Shown: positions 1 through 9,518, counted from the stretch's first letter. The stretch: DNA of 44,379 nt from an uncultured beta proteobacterium (GCA_903834645.1 CAILKA010000097.1:1-44379), one strand, 5' to 3'. The notes: a model not told the origin generated them from the sequence alone. Numbers and translations are program-made.

Positions 1-637
1 GGATCAGCTCGTCCGGCGCGGTCATCGCGCGGCTGGTCAGGCCGGTGTACTCGCCCCGGATGTCGAAGTAGCGGATCTCGCGGAAGTTGAAGATGCGCTC
101 GTAGAAGCCGCCCCAGAAGGCCATCCGGCCCTTGTAGACGTTGTGCGTGAGGTGGTCGATGACGCTGAAGCCGTGGCCTGCGGGATGCCTCGGCACGCCG
201 GGCAGCCACTCGAAGTCGATGTCGTAGATGCTCTTGCCGTCCTCGAAGCGGTCGATCAGGTACAGCGGCGCACCACCGATGCCCTTGATGGCCGGCAGGC
301 GCAGCTCCATCACGCCAGTGGGCAGCTCGATGGGCTGGGCACCGAGTTCGAGCGCACGCTGGTAGGCCTTGTGCGAGTCGCGCACGCGAAAAGCCATCGC
401 GCAGGCGCTGGGCCCGTGCTCGGCGGCGAAGTACCAGGCCTGGCTGTGCTTCTCCCGGTTGACGATGAAGTTGATGGCGCCCTGGCGGTACAGCACCACG
501 TCCTTCGAGCGGTGACGGGCCACGAGCGTGAAGCCCATCTTTTCGAACAGCGGCTCGATCAGGCCTGGCGTGGGTGCGGCGAACTCGACGAACTCGAAGC
601 CGCACAAGCCCATCGGGTTGTCGTACTGGTCGGTCAT
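1..637 (-). CDS. hppD: 4-hydroxyphenylpyruvate dioxygenase, 3' end outside the window
   Basis: Hand translation from ATG at 637 gives [22 protein letters not shown]...[12 protein letters not shown]...IDHLTHNV...[23 protein letters not shown], a typical proteobacterial HppD. Missing from the ORF track because it runs off the window. Confidence 0.95.
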   Translation of the reverse strand, partial: MTDQYDNPMGLCGFEFVEFAAPTPGLIEPLFEKMGFTLVARHRSKDVVLYRQGAINFIVNREKHSQAWYFAAEHGPSACAMAFRVRDSHKAYQRALELGAQPIELPTGVMELRLPAIKGIGGAPLYLIDRFEDGKSIYDIDFEWLPGVPRHPAGHGFSVIDHLTHNVYKGRMAFWGGFYERIFNFREIRYFDIRGEYTGLTSRAMTAPDELI

Positions 638-771
638 GGTGTGTCCGGTTTTGGAGCAAGACAGAGCAAACTTTAGGCGCGTATCTGCGAAATGGGCTTT
701 CATTTCGGCCGGGTATCTGCCCGATGCTGAGATATCGTCTCTCACGCTACCCAGGACATGGAGAAAGAATC

Positions 772-1245
772 TTGTACAGCAGCGACCTCGACGCCACCGA
801 CCGCCGCATCCTCGCGCATCTGCAGCACAGCGGGCGCGTGTCCAACCTCGAGCTCGCCGAGGCCGTGGGCCTGTCGCCTGCCCAGTGCCACCGCCGTCAT
901 CGCCGGCTCGAGGAGCGCGGCCTGATCCGTGGCTACGAGGCACGGCTGGACGCGGCGCGGCTGGGCCTGAGCGTGATGGCCTACGTGAACGTGACGATGG
1001 AGCGTGGCCACATCCGCGAGGTGCCCAAGTTCCGCCAGCGGATCGCCGGCATGTCGCAGGTGCAGGAGTGCTATGCCGTCACGGGCGACTTCGACTATGT
1101 GCTGAAGGTCGTCGAGCGAGACCTGAAGGCGCTGTCGGACTTCCTGCTCAAGACGCTGGCCCTGCTGCCGGGCGTGAACGCGGTGCGTTCCAGCATTTGC
1201 CTGGACGAGGTCAAGTGCACGGCGGCGCTGCCGCTCGAGCCCTGA
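772..1245 (+). CDS. Lrp/AsnC family transcriptional regulator, divergent from hppD
   Basis: LDATDRRIL...[32 protein letters not shown] plus [14 protein letters not shown] domain. Likely TTG start at 772 after GGAGA; the ORF track extends it to 574. Confidence 0.9.
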   Translation: MYSSDLDATDRRILAHLQHSGRVSNLELAEAVGLSPAQCHRRHRRLEERGLIRGYEARLDAARLGLSVMAYVNVTMERGHIREVPKFRQRIAGMSQVQECYAVTGDFDYVLKVVERDLKALSDFLLKTLALLPGVNAVRSSICLDEVKCTAALPLEP

Positions 1246-1269
1246 GCCTGGTCGCAGCCGCTGCCTGGT

Positions 1270-1620
1270 TCACAGGGCCCCCAGCCCGGCCAGGTCGACA
1301 ACCTCCACGAAGCGCGCATGCGTGCGCACCCATCCGAGATGGGCCGGGCGCCGAAGGGCTCGGGCGGCACTGATGCGGCTCATGCCGCACATCTCGGCCA
1401 GGCTCTCCTGGCTCAGCCAGACCTGGCGGGCTCTGGCCTCGTCGGACCCGCCGGCGCGGCGCTGCACCGTCACGAGCGTGTCCAGTCGCTCCATCTCGCG
1501 CACGACATCACGGCCGAAGGGCGTGAGCCCCGTGTCCTCGTCCTGGCAACCGCCGCCCACGCGGTTGTTGCGGTTGTAGGCCAGCAGCATCCATCGAACC
1601 GCCAGGGCCTTGTAGGCCAA
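1270..1620 (-). pseudogene. Chimeric relic: internal fragment of an M19 membrane dipeptidase fused in frame to a Crp/Fnr C-terminal HTH
   Basis: VRWMLLAYNRNNRVGGGCQDEDTGLTPFGRDVVREMERL resembles renal-type dipeptidases. LSQESLAEMCGMSRISAARALRR...GWVRTHARFVEVVDLAGL resembles a Crp winged HTH. Both parts are incomplete. Confidence 0.75.
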
Positions 1621-1647
1621 GTGGCAACCCTGCCGCGCCAGCCGGCC

Positions 1648-2988
1648 TCAGGCGATCTCGGCGGCACGCGCTGCCTGCACGGTGCCCAGGTATCGGCGGC
1701 CGCACAGCCACATGCTCAGCGCCGACAGGAGCAGCGCTGCGGCAGAGGTGCATGACATGGCGAACATCAGGCCCTGCGGTCTCGGCTTGAGCGCGTCGGA
1801 CAGGGCGCCCACCACAACGGGGCTCAGGGACGCCAGGACGATGTTGAACATGATCACCAGTGCAATCAGACGGGCCCGCAGCGGTGCAGGCGTCATTTCC
1901 TGCAAGGCGGTCGGGAAGAGCATGGTCCCCGCCATGAGCAGGCATTGGTGCAGGCCCATGATGACGAAGAGCTCCACGGGATTTCGGGCCAAGGGCAAGG
2001 CTGCCGCAAAGATCCCGCTTCCCAGTGCGGCAACGGTCAGCACCCGCACCGGCAGCAACGGCCCGTAGCGCCTTGACAAGGGGCCAAGCCCGGCGTTCGC
2101 CACCGCCAGCCCCACGGCCGCCGCGGCAAAGGTGGCCAGGCCCATCGCATTGCCCAGCTCAACGGGCGACATGCCCATCTGGCGCGTGGCGATGACCGGA
2201 ATGAATGCACCGGTCGCACCGAAGCCGAACACCAGCAGCCCCACGCTGATCATGAAGCTCGCGAAGGTCGCAACCTGCCCGCTCAGGAACGGCCAGACCG
2301 GCGCGTTCGTCGCGGCATCTGCCGCACGTGCGACCGAGGGGCGATCCGCGCTCATCCTCACCAGCAACACGGCGGGAACGAAGATCAGCCCTGTGGCACC
2401 TGTCAGCAGGAAGGCCACACGCCAGGTTTCCATGCTGCGCAAGGCCTCGGGCATGGCGGGGCGCCACTGGTCGATCGCGAAGATGAGCCAGCCGCAGGCT
2501 GCAATGACCAGCCCCACCAGCAGCCGCCCTGCGACGACCAGCGCAGAATTGGCATATTGCCGTTGCTTGCCGGAGAACAGCTCGGGCACCAGGGCGTACA
2601 GGATGGGCAGCATCCCCGCCTCGGCGGCACCCACCAGCGACGTGGCCAGGAACAGCTGCAGGAAGCTCCCGGCAAACCCACTGGCCATGACGGTGGCGCT
2701 CCACACGGCCAGGCATCCTGCCAGCACGACTCGGCGATCAAAGCGGTCCGACAGCCAGGCGATGGGGTAGCCGACGATGGCCGCAAGGATCGCGTGGCCC
2801 AGGCCCTGCAGCAATCCGAACTGCAGGTCGCTCAGCTCCAACGCCTTGCGCAGCGGCTCGGCCTGCAACGCGAAGATCTGCCGGTCGGCGTAGGTATAGA
2901 GCGTGGCGATCAGCAGCACCGCCAGACTCAACCAGCTGGCCACAGAGGCCTTGGCAGGGGAAGGCGTCGTCTCAGTGCGGGCTGCCAT
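1648..2988 (-). CDS. MFS transporter (spinster/ACS-like)
   Basis: About 12 hydrophobic segments, N-terminal YADRQIF and motif A-like AWLSDRFDRR. Confidence 0.9.
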   Translation of the reverse strand: MAARTETTPSPAKASVASWLSLAVLLIATLYTYADRQIFALQAEPLRKALELSDLQFGLLQGLGHAILAAIVGYPIAWLSDRFDRRVVLAGCLAVWSATVMASGFAGSFLQLFLATSLVGAAEAGMLPILYALVPELFSGKQRQYANSALVVAGRLLVGLVIAACGWLIFAIDQWRPAMPEALRSMETWRVAFLLTGATGLIFVPAVLLVRMSADRPSVARAADAATNAPVWPFLSGQVATFASFMISVGLLVFGFGATGAFIPVIATRQMGMSPVELGNAMGLATFAAAAVGLAVANAGLGPLSRRYGPLLPVRVLTVAALGSGIFAAALPLARNPVELFVIMGLHQCLLMAGTMLFPTALQEMTPAPLRARLIALVIMFNIVLASLSPVVVGALSDALKPRPQGLMFAMSCTSAAALLLSALSMWLCGRRYLGTVQAARAAEIA

Positions 2989-3024
2989 GGCAACTCTCCA
3001 AGTGCTGCTGAAGTGCAGAGTCGC

Positions 3025-3186
3025 TCAGTTCGCAACCCGTTGCGTATCGTCCTGGGCCCGTGCCGGTGCGGACGCCGTCGGCATCTGGGTCAGCCTGTCC
3101 CAGGTGAGGATGGCCTGCACATGCTCCAGGCTGTGAAGCTGCCGGTGGTGCGCCACCAGTGCGTCATGAGCGGGGGTGGCGGACAT
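3025..3186 (-). pseudogene. Truncated N-terminus (53 aa) of an M32 carboxypeptidase (Taq type)
   Basis: Hand translation MSATPAHDALVAHHRQLHSLEHVQAILTWDRLTQMPTASAPARAQDDTQRVAN* carries the L-x-W-D-x2-T-x-M-P-x3-A-x-A-R-A pattern of M32 N-termini. It starts 5 bp after the esterase stop and is below the ORF-track cutoff. Confidence 0.7.
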
Positions 3187-3191
3187 CCGGG

Positions 3192-4097
3192 TTACCCGTT
3201 GCGCAGCGCGAAGCGGATGCCGCGGGCGATGCCCGCAGGAGGCACCATGTTGTGGTCATCACCCATGTGCACCACGGTCTGCACCGTGAAGCCGGGACGC
3301 TGCTCGGCCGCGAGCCGCTCGCCGAGTTCCTGGGTGTTGGGCACCATGCGGCAGTAGTCGACCATCTGCTGGAAGTCGTCCTTGCCTGCGGGGAGCTTGT
3401 CTGCAGCCACCGATGGGTAGCGCAAGGTGGACTCCAGCTCGCCCACGGAGATGAGCGCGCGCGCACGCGCCTCGCCTGCGCGCACGCGCTGGACGAAGCC
3501 GGCCTCATGATCCAGCACCTCGCGGTCGTTGAACCAGATCGACGGGGCGATGGCCACGAAGTGCTGGAACGATGCCGTTCGGCGGAAGAGGGCGTGCAGG
3601 GTCGTCAGCCCGCCCAGAGAGTGGCCCATCAGCGTCTGGTCGGCGGCGTCGACGCTCACGACCTCAGCCACGCGAGGCTTGATCTCCTCGTCGACCATGC
3701 GCAGGTAGTCATCCATCTTGCCCCATCCAGTGGGCGGGGGCGGCATCTTGCGAAACCACGGGGTGCTGGCCAAGGGCTCTTGCAGCGGCGTGGTGAGGTC
3801 GTCCATGCGCAGGCTCAGCGCATCGGCCAGCCGGTCGGTCTGGTAGCCGATGCCGACGATGACGGCATCGCGCGTGTCAGGCCAGCACGCCTGGATGCGC
3901 ATGGTGTCCACCGCAATGCCGAAGTGCAGGTTGCCGTCGATCAGGTAGACGACCGGGTAGCCGTTGGTCGGAGCCGGCCCGCCGGGGATCGAGATCATCA
4001 GCCGATAGTCGCGCTGGCGGATCTCGGAGTGGAAGTCGACCCGAAGGGCGTTCAGCGCCATCTCGCGCGACGGGGCATTCCGTGTGGTTGGGGCCAT
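3192..4097 (-). CDS. Alpha/beta hydrolase, IroE/BesA-like putative esterase
   Basis: YPVVYLIDG, GHSLGG nucleophile elbow, PSIWF, VGELE and C-terminal DDH. No obvious signal peptide. Confidence 0.85.
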   Translation of the reverse strand: MAPTTRNAPSREMALNALRVDFHSEIRQRDYRLMISIPGGPAPTNGYPVVYLIDGNLHFGIAVDTMRIQACWPDTRDAVIVGIGYQTDRLADALSLRMDDLTTPLQEPLASTPWFRKMPPPPTGWGKMDDYLRMVDEEIKPRVAEVVSVDAADQTLMGHSLGGLTTLHALFRRTASFQHFVAIAPSIWFNDREVLDHEAGFVQRVRAGEARARALISVGELESTLRYPSVAADKLPAGKDDFQQMVDYCRMVPNTQELGERLAAEQRPGFTVQTVVHMGDDHNMVPPAGIARGIRFALRNG

Positions 4098-4138
4098 GTG
4101 GGGTACTCGAAGGATGTGAAAGGGAATCGGTCGGCCGA

Positions 4139-5125
4139 TCAGCCCCAGAGAGTCGGGCTGGGCTGTTCCACGGTGCCCTGGACATAGCGCATCGCGTCAG
4201 GCCGGTCCTCCTTCTGGAGCAACGGCCCATCCAGATCGACCCAGCGGGCCAGTTGCGCCACCAGGAACGCGGGGGCCATGCCGAGCGAAGTGCCGCACAT
4301 GTTGCCCACCATGACGTCCAGGCCCAGGGCTTGAGCGCCGCGCGCCAATGCCAGGGCTTCAGTCAGCCCGCCGCACTTGTCGAGCTTGATGTTGACACCC
4401 TGGTAGCGGTTCAGCAGGCCCTGCAGCGAGTCGCGGTCGGTGCAGGATTCGTCGGCGACGATGGGAATCGGGGAGCGCAGTCCATCGAGCGCGTCATCCT
4501 GGCCTCGCATGACGGGCTGTTCGATGAACTCGACGCCTAGCGCAAGCAACTCGGGCATGAGGTCCTCGATCAGCGCTCGCGTCCACGACTGGTTGGCATC
4601 GATCACCAGTCGGGCCAGTGGAGCTTCCTCGCGGACCACGCGGATCCAATCCACATGGCGGGAACCGTCGACCTTGACCTTGATGAGTGGAACCGAAGAC
4701 AGGCTTCGGGCGCGGCGTCGGATGTCGCACAGGCTGCCCAGGCCGATGGTGCAGGCGGTCAACAGTGGACGCATCGGCTGCAGGCCGGCGCTGATCCAGG
4801 CCGGTACGCCGGAGCGCTTGGCCTGCAGGTCCCACCACGCGCAGTCCAGGGCGTTTCGGGCACCACCTCGCGGCAGCAGCGCCGCAAGGTCCGCTGAAGT
4901 CGTGGCGGCGTGCAGTTGCGAGGCCACGGATTCGATCTGCCTGCGCATCGAGCCCGGCGTCTCACCGTCGTAGTCCACGCCGGCCGCCTCACCGCGGCCG
5001 ACAACTCCGTCGCGATCGGTCAGCTCCACCAGGAGCAGCGGCAGCTCGATCATCACCTGCCCCGCGATCTCGAACGGCTCCTGCAGAGGCCAGCGCTCCT
5101 CGCTGATGCGCAGCCGCAGCGTCAT
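4139..5125 (-). CDS. dgcA: Enolase-superfamily dipeptide epimerase / N-acetyl-D-glutamate racemase
   Basis: IKVKV (KxK), DAN, EQP, ADES, NIKLDKCGG, GNM and DLDG motifs. The ATG at 5125 overlaps the dgcN stop (ATGA). Confidence 0.8.
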   Translation of the reverse strand: MTLRLRISEERWPLQEPFEIAGQVMIELPLLLVELTDRDGVVGRGEAAGVDYDGETPGSMRRQIESVASQLHAATTSADLAALLPRGGARNALDCAWWDLQAKRSGVPAWISAGLQPMRPLLTACTIGLGSLCDIRRRARSLSSVPLIKVKVDGSRHVDWIRVVREEAPLARLVIDANQSWTRALIEDLMPELLALGVEFIEQPVMRGQDDALDGLRSPIPIVADESCTDRDSLQGLLNRYQGVNIKLDKCGGLTEALALARGAQALGLDVMVGNMCGTSLGMAPAFLVAQLARWVDLDGPLLQKEDRPDAMRYVQGTVEQPSPTLWG

Positions 5126-6126
5126 GCCATCAGCGCCTCGACGATGGGTTCGACCCCACCACGCAACGGGTCGCAGACGGGAAGCTGCAGATCCGCCCGT
5201 GTTCGATCCCGGTACCGCGTCCAGTACGCATCCGACAGTGTCGAGGAGTTGATCGCCACGCCGACACACCGGATGGCGGGGTTGGTCAGGCTGCCTGCCT
5301 CGATGTAGCGTCGAATGGCTTCATGCAGCGTGGGCAACCGGATGTGCGGGTGATCCTCGATCGTCTCGCGCGAGGGGTCGTGGCACAGCACGATCGCATC
5401 AGGCTGTGAGCCATGCAGCAAGCCCAGGGTGACGCCGGCGTAGGCCGGATGGAACAAGGCACCCTGGCCTTCGATCACGTCCCAGTGGTCGGCATCGTTG
5501 GCCGGCGACAGGGACTCTGCCGCGCCGGCCACAAAGTCCGATACCACCGCGTCGATGGCCACGCCCTGCCCGGCGATCAGGATCCCGGTCTGCCCGGTGG
5601 CACGAAACGTGGCCTTGACGCCGCGCGCCTTCAGGGCGCGGGTGATGGCCAAGGCGGTGTACTTTTTTCCCAGGGCGCAGTCGGTGCCGACGGTCAGCAG
5701 GCGACGACCTGGCCGGCGGATTCCTGTTCCAACGGCCCAATCACGGTCGCAGTGGCGGATGTTGAGGAGTTGTGCGCCGCTTGCCCGCGCCGCCTCCACC
5801 AGCTCCCGGTAGCGCTCCAGCCGGGTGTGCATGCCGCTCACCACATCCAGGCCAGCTTCCAGCGCAGCCACCAGCGTGGGGATCCATCCGGGCGGGAGTT
5901 GGCCGCCTACCGGCGCCACCCCGATGACGATCGACCCGGCGCCCGCGGCCGCCGCTTCGGCCGGCGTCATCTTGGGCAACTCCAGGCTCACCTGGGCCGT
6001 GGCCAGCGCACACTCGCCCATCACATCGTCGCGACACCAATCGCGCAGTCCGAATCCTGTCTTGGCGTCGGAGCGAAGCGCGACGTCGCCCAGGAAGACC
6101 AGATAGGGCTTGCGAAGGCGATGCAT
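5122..6126 (-). CDS. dgcN: DUF1611 protein, D-glutamate N-acetyltransferase type
   Basis: AKTGFGLRDW, VGTDCALGKKYT, RATGQTGI, DFVAGAAE, EGQGALFHPAY and GLLHGSQPD. Coupled to the epimerase as in dgcN-dgcA operons. Confidence 0.85.
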   Translation of the reverse strand: MHRLRKPYLVFLGDVALRSDAKTGFGLRDWCRDDVMGECALATAQVSLELPKMTPAEAAAAGAGSIVIGVAPVGGQLPPGWIPTLVAALEAGLDVVSGMHTRLERYRELVEAARASGAQLLNIRHCDRDWAVGTGIRRPGRRLLTVGTDCALGKKYTALAITRALKARGVKATFRATGQTGILIAGQGVAIDAVVSDFVAGAAESLSPANDADHWDVIEGQGALFHPAYAGVTLGLLHGSQPDAIVLCHDPSRETIEDHPHIRLPTLHEAIRRYIEAGSLTNPAIRCVGVAINSSTLSDAYWTRYRDRTRADLQLPVCDPLRGGVEPIVEALMA

Positions 6127-6150
6127 GAGTGGATATTATTTCATCCACTC
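6127..6150. promoter_or_regulatory. Palindromic operator (TGGAT-N8-ATCCA), copy 1, directly abutting the dgcN ATG
   Basis: GAGTGGAT-ATTATTTC-ATCCACTC, a perfect 8-bp inverted repeat. The same core recurs at three other promoters. Confidence 0.8.
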
Positions 6151-6211
6151 TGGTGCGCGCAAGAGGGGCGACGGCAGGTGCCGGCGGCCCGGGCCGCCGG
6201 CTTGGCCAGGC

Positions 6212-6886
6212 TCAGACCGGAGGTGTGTTGGCGCTGACCACGACTGCCTCGCTCGTGCCGACATTGCGGAACTTGTGCGGCAGGCGACTGGAGAAAAGAT
6301 AGCCGTCACCAGGCCCGAGCACGCGCGTGGACCCTCCGACGGTGACTTCCACCTGTCCCTGGATCACCACCCCGCCTTCGTCTCCGATGTGGCTGTAGGG
6401 GGCCTTGGCCGTTTCGGCGCCCGGGGCATAGCGCTCCAGGAGAACCTGCAAGGGGCGGTTCCTGAGGTTCTGGCCCACCTGGCGCAGCGAGATGCCCCCG
6501 CCGCCGACTTCCATCAGCTCGCCGTGGGTGAAGAAGACCTGCGTCTCGCTGTCTGGATTGAGTGCGAAGAACTCGGACAGGGTCATCGGGAAACTGTCGA
6601 GGATCTTGCGCAACGAGCCGACGGAAGGCGAGATGGCGTCGCGCTCGATGCTGCCGATCGTGCCATGCGTCAAGCCGGCGCGACGCGCGAGCTCGCGCTG
6701 GGACAGGCCATGCATGTCGCGCAGGTAGCGCAGGCGTGCGCCGACTCCCGCCGAGGGGTCGCCGGCATCTGCGGCGTCGCGCTGCGCAGTCTCCGAAGGG
6801 GCGTTGTCTGAAGGGGAGCTGTCGCCTTGATCGATGGGGCCAGGCTTCCTGGCGCGCGCAGGTTTGGGGGCGGGCGGCTTGGGCAT
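6212..6886 (-). CDS. XRE-family HTH plus cupin transcriptional regulator (PuuR-like)
   Basis: VGARLRYLR...LSQRELARRAGLTHGTIGSIERDAISPSVGSL HTH and cupin HIGDEGGVV...LGPGDGYLFSSRLPHKFRN. Confidence 0.9.
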   Translation of the reverse strand: MPKPPAPKPARARKPGPIDQGDSSPSDNAPSETAQRDAADAGDPSAGVGARLRYLRDMHGLSQRELARRAGLTHGTIGSIERDAISPSVGSLRKILDSFPMTLSEFFALNPDSETQVFFTHGELMEVGGGGISLRQVGQNLRNRPLQVLLERYAPGAETAKAPYSHIGDEGGVVIQGQVEVTVGGSTRVLGPGDGYLFSSRLPHKFRNVGTSEAVVVSANTPPV

Positions 6887-6977
6887 GTCCTTGTTGTCTC
6901 CACGCTCGAAGATCTTCTCAACGAGTGTAGCGATGCTGGGTGATGCCGCCCGCGGTCCCTGGGGCTTCCTGCTAGAG

Positions 6978-6995
6978 TGGATATGAAACTATCCA
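6978..6995. promoter_or_regulatory. Operator copy 2, between the regulator and the serine hydrolase
   Basis: TGGAT-ATGAAACT-ATCCA, preceded by GAG as in copy 1. Confidence 0.75.
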
Positions 6996-7011
6996 TTTTG
7001 TGAGGGCACCG

Positions 7012-8337
7012 ATGCGGCATTCCGTCGAAGTTCCTGGCGACCTTGCCACGGGCCTGCGGGTTGCCGCGACCAGGTTCGACATACCGGGGCTGGCCATCGC
7101 CATGGCCGCGCCGGGACGCCGAGCCATGCTGTTGCATGGCGAGGCCGAAGCAGGTTCTGGCAATCGCGTCAGTGAGGAGACGTGGTTCTCCGTGGCGTCC
7201 TTGGGCAAGCATGTCACGGCTGCCGCCGTGCTGGACCTGTCGCAACGCGGGCTGGTCGACCTGTCTGCGCCCGTCGAACGGTATCTGCGTGACTTGCCTG
7301 CTGCCTGGGCGGGGCGCAGCGTCGCCTCGCTGCTGCGGCACACCAGTGGGCTGCCTGAATACCTGGCCTACACGGGAGATGAGGTGGTGCCCGAAGATCG
7401 GCGCACCTTCATGGCCACCTATGGCGCGATGGTGCCGGCCTTCGGCGCATCGCAGGGCTGGATCTACACCAACACGAACTACATCCTGAGCGGCTTCCTG
7501 GTTGCGCAGCTGTCCGGTCAGCCCTATGCCCAATCGGTCCAGTCGCTCTTTGCGCGCATGGGGTGCACGGGCGCAGCCGTGAGCAGCCCGCAGTGGGCTC
7601 GCGACGCCAATCGTCATGCACCGAAGCCGGTCATGCGCGACCACGCCAGCTGGCAGCGTGAAGTCATCGGCGATGGCGACGTGTCGTTCACGGCGGCAGG
7701 TGCCCTGTCCTGGCTCGAGGGCCTGCTGGACCACCGGCTGCTGGATGCGGCGCACCTGGACCTGATGTTCACCGGGGCCCGCCTGGCCACCGGCCGCACC
7801 TCGCACTATGGATGCGGATGGTTCCTGGAGCGGCTGCGCGGGGACTTCATCGCACACCATGCGGGCCACTTCGATGGCTGGACGGCCATGGCCCTCATCC
7901 ACCCGCGACAGGAGTGCGGCGTCATCGCCATGTGCAACCTGGCGCCCGGCAACACGCGAGCCATCCGCTACCTGGCGCAGCTGGCGCTGGAAGGATTCGC
8001 CCCGGGCTCCACCCCTTTGTCGCTGCCGGTGCGCGAAGATGACGACCCCGGGTTGACGGCGATGATCCGGTCCCAATTGCTCCGCAAGCCCGGCGAGAGC
8101 CTGGATCACACCTGCTTCGCCGATGAACTGCTGCGCGTAGCGGAGCACGGCAGTGCGGTGCGCAACGTCATCAACCTGCACACCGGTGTCGAGCCACTTT
8201 CCTTCGAACTTGTCGAAACCCACGGCGAGGCCGCCTTCAACCTGCACCGCTATCGCATTCGCCATGCCGATCGCATCGATCACCTGCTGGTCGGCTTGAC
8301 GCCCGAGCGGCGCATCTACTGGGCCTGGGTCCTCTAG
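7012..8337 (+). CDS. Beta-lactamase-family serine hydrolase (D-amino-acid peptidase/amidase-like) with C-terminal extension
   Basis: SLGK (SxxK), LLRHTSG, YTN (YxN) and HAG motifs. ATG 7012 follows GAGGG; alternative GTG at 7000. No signal peptide seen. Confidence 0.85.
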   Translation: MRHSVEVPGDLATGLRVAATRFDIPGLAIAMAAPGRRAMLLHGEAEAGSGNRVSEETWFSVASLGKHVTAAAVLDLSQRGLVDLSAPVERYLRDLPAAWAGRSVASLLRHTSGLPEYLAYTGDEVVPEDRRTFMATYGAMVPAFGASQGWIYTNTNYILSGFLVAQLSGQPYAQSVQSLFARMGCTGAAVSSPQWARDANRHAPKPVMRDHASWQREVIGDGDVSFTAAGALSWLEGLLDHRLLDAAHLDLMFTGARLATGRTSHYGCGWFLERLRGDFIAHHAGHFDGWTAMALIHPRQECGVIAMCNLAPGNTRAIRYLAQLALEGFAPGSTPLSLPVREDDDPGLTAMIRSQLLRKPGESLDHTCFADELLRVAEHGSAVRNVINLHTGVEPLSFELVETHGEAAFNLHRYRIRHADRIDHLLVGLTPERRIYWAWVL

Positions 8338-9518
8338 TTCGGGCTTGCGCTTCTCAGCAAGCCGGCCAGCGTGGCGACGCCCTGTTCGATGCGCTCGGCG
8401 GTTTCCGTGACGAACGACAGGCGCAGCGAGTCTTCGCCCCCGGGCGCGCAGTGAAAGGCGCTCCCCGGGACGAAGCTGACGCCGCGCTCCACGGCGGCAG
8501 GCAGCAGTCGCGCGGTGTCCACCCCCGTGTGCGCCTGCACCCAGAAGAACATGCCGCCTGCCGGGGTCGACCAGCTCGCATGGCCGCTCAGGTGCTCGCG
8601 CAAGGCGCTCTCCATCGCATCGCGGCCCTGCCGATAACGTGCGCGCACGGCTTGCAGATGCTCCTCGAGCATGTCGGCACGCAGCATCTCCAGCACGACG
8701 GTCTGGACGAACGTGCTGCTGTGCAGGTCGGCCGCTTGCTTGGCCTGAACCAGCAGCGGGTACAGCGAGGGCGGCGCCACGAGAAAGCCCAGGCGAAGAC
8801 CCGGCGCCAGCACCTTGGAAAGCGAACCGAGGTAGACCGTCCCTTCCGGCCAGTACGAGGCCAGTGGAGGCGGCGGCGCCTCGTCAAACCAGAGGTCGCC
8901 GTAAGGATCATCCTCGATGAGCGGTAGCGCAAGGCCGCTCGCTGCGGCTGCGAGCGTGGCGCGGCGAGCCTCGGGGATGCACCGTCCGGTCGGGTTCTGG
9001 AAGTTCGGAATCAGGTAGAGCGCCCGAAGGCCTGGGTCGTCCGGCAACTCGCCTGGCAGCGGTCCGTCGCCGTCGCAGGGCACGGCGGTGCTGAGCGCCT
9101 CGTAAGGCGCGAACGCTTGCAAGGCGCCGAGGTAGGTCGGCGCCTCGACGGCCACTCGGGCGCCGTATTCAAGCAGGACCTTTCCGACCAGATCCAGTCC
9201 TTGCTGGCTGCCGCTGGTGATGAGCACCCGTGTCGGATCGACAGCCCATCCCCTCGTCGCCAGTCGCCGGGCGATGTGCTCGCGCAGCATGGGCAGGCCT
9301 TCCGTGGTCCCGTACTGAAGCGCCGTGCTGCTGGATGTGCGCAGTGCACGGATGCAGGCTTCCTCGACGGCACGGGTGGGAAAGCTCTCCACCGAAGGCA
9401 TGCCGCCGCCCAGGGAAACCAGTCCGGGGCGCCCCGCCAGCTTCATCAGCTCCCGGATCATGGACGGGCGCATCTCGCCGGTTCGGCGCGCTGGCCTGAA
9501 GGGGAAGGGCGGTGTCAT
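8334..9518 (-). CDS. PLP-dependent aminotransferase class I/II (LysN/2-aminoadipate transaminase-like)
   Basis: SMIRELMK, SLGGGMP, SGSQQGLD, PNFQNPTG, EDDPY and GSLSKVLAPGLRLG. Confidence 0.9.
   Translation of the reverse strand: MTPPFPFRPARRTGEMRPSMIRELMKLAGRPGLVSLGGGMPSVESFPTRAVEEACIRALRTSSSTALQYGTTEGLPMLREHIARRLATRGWAVDPTRVLITSGSQQGLDLVGKVLLEYGARVAVEAPTYLGALQAFAPYEALSTAVPCDGDGPLPGELPDDPGLRALYLIPNFQNPTGRCIPEARRATLAAAASGLALPLIEDDPYGDLWFDEAPPPPLASYWPEGTVYLGSLSKVLAPGLRLGFLVAPPSLYPLLVQAKQAADLHSSTFVQTVVLEMLRADMLEEHLQAVRARYRQGRDAMESALREHLSGHASWSTPAGGMFFWVQAHTGVDTARLLPAAVERGVSFVPGSAFHCAPGGEDSLRLSFVTETAERIEQGVATLAGLLRSASPN

Noticed and set aside
7012-8337. Antibiotic-resistance beta-lactamase, or a bona fide mlr microcystin cluster
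   Set aside because: There is no signal peptide and the context is catabolic. No mlrA- or mlrC-like gene is present, so the microcystin link is only one hypothesis.
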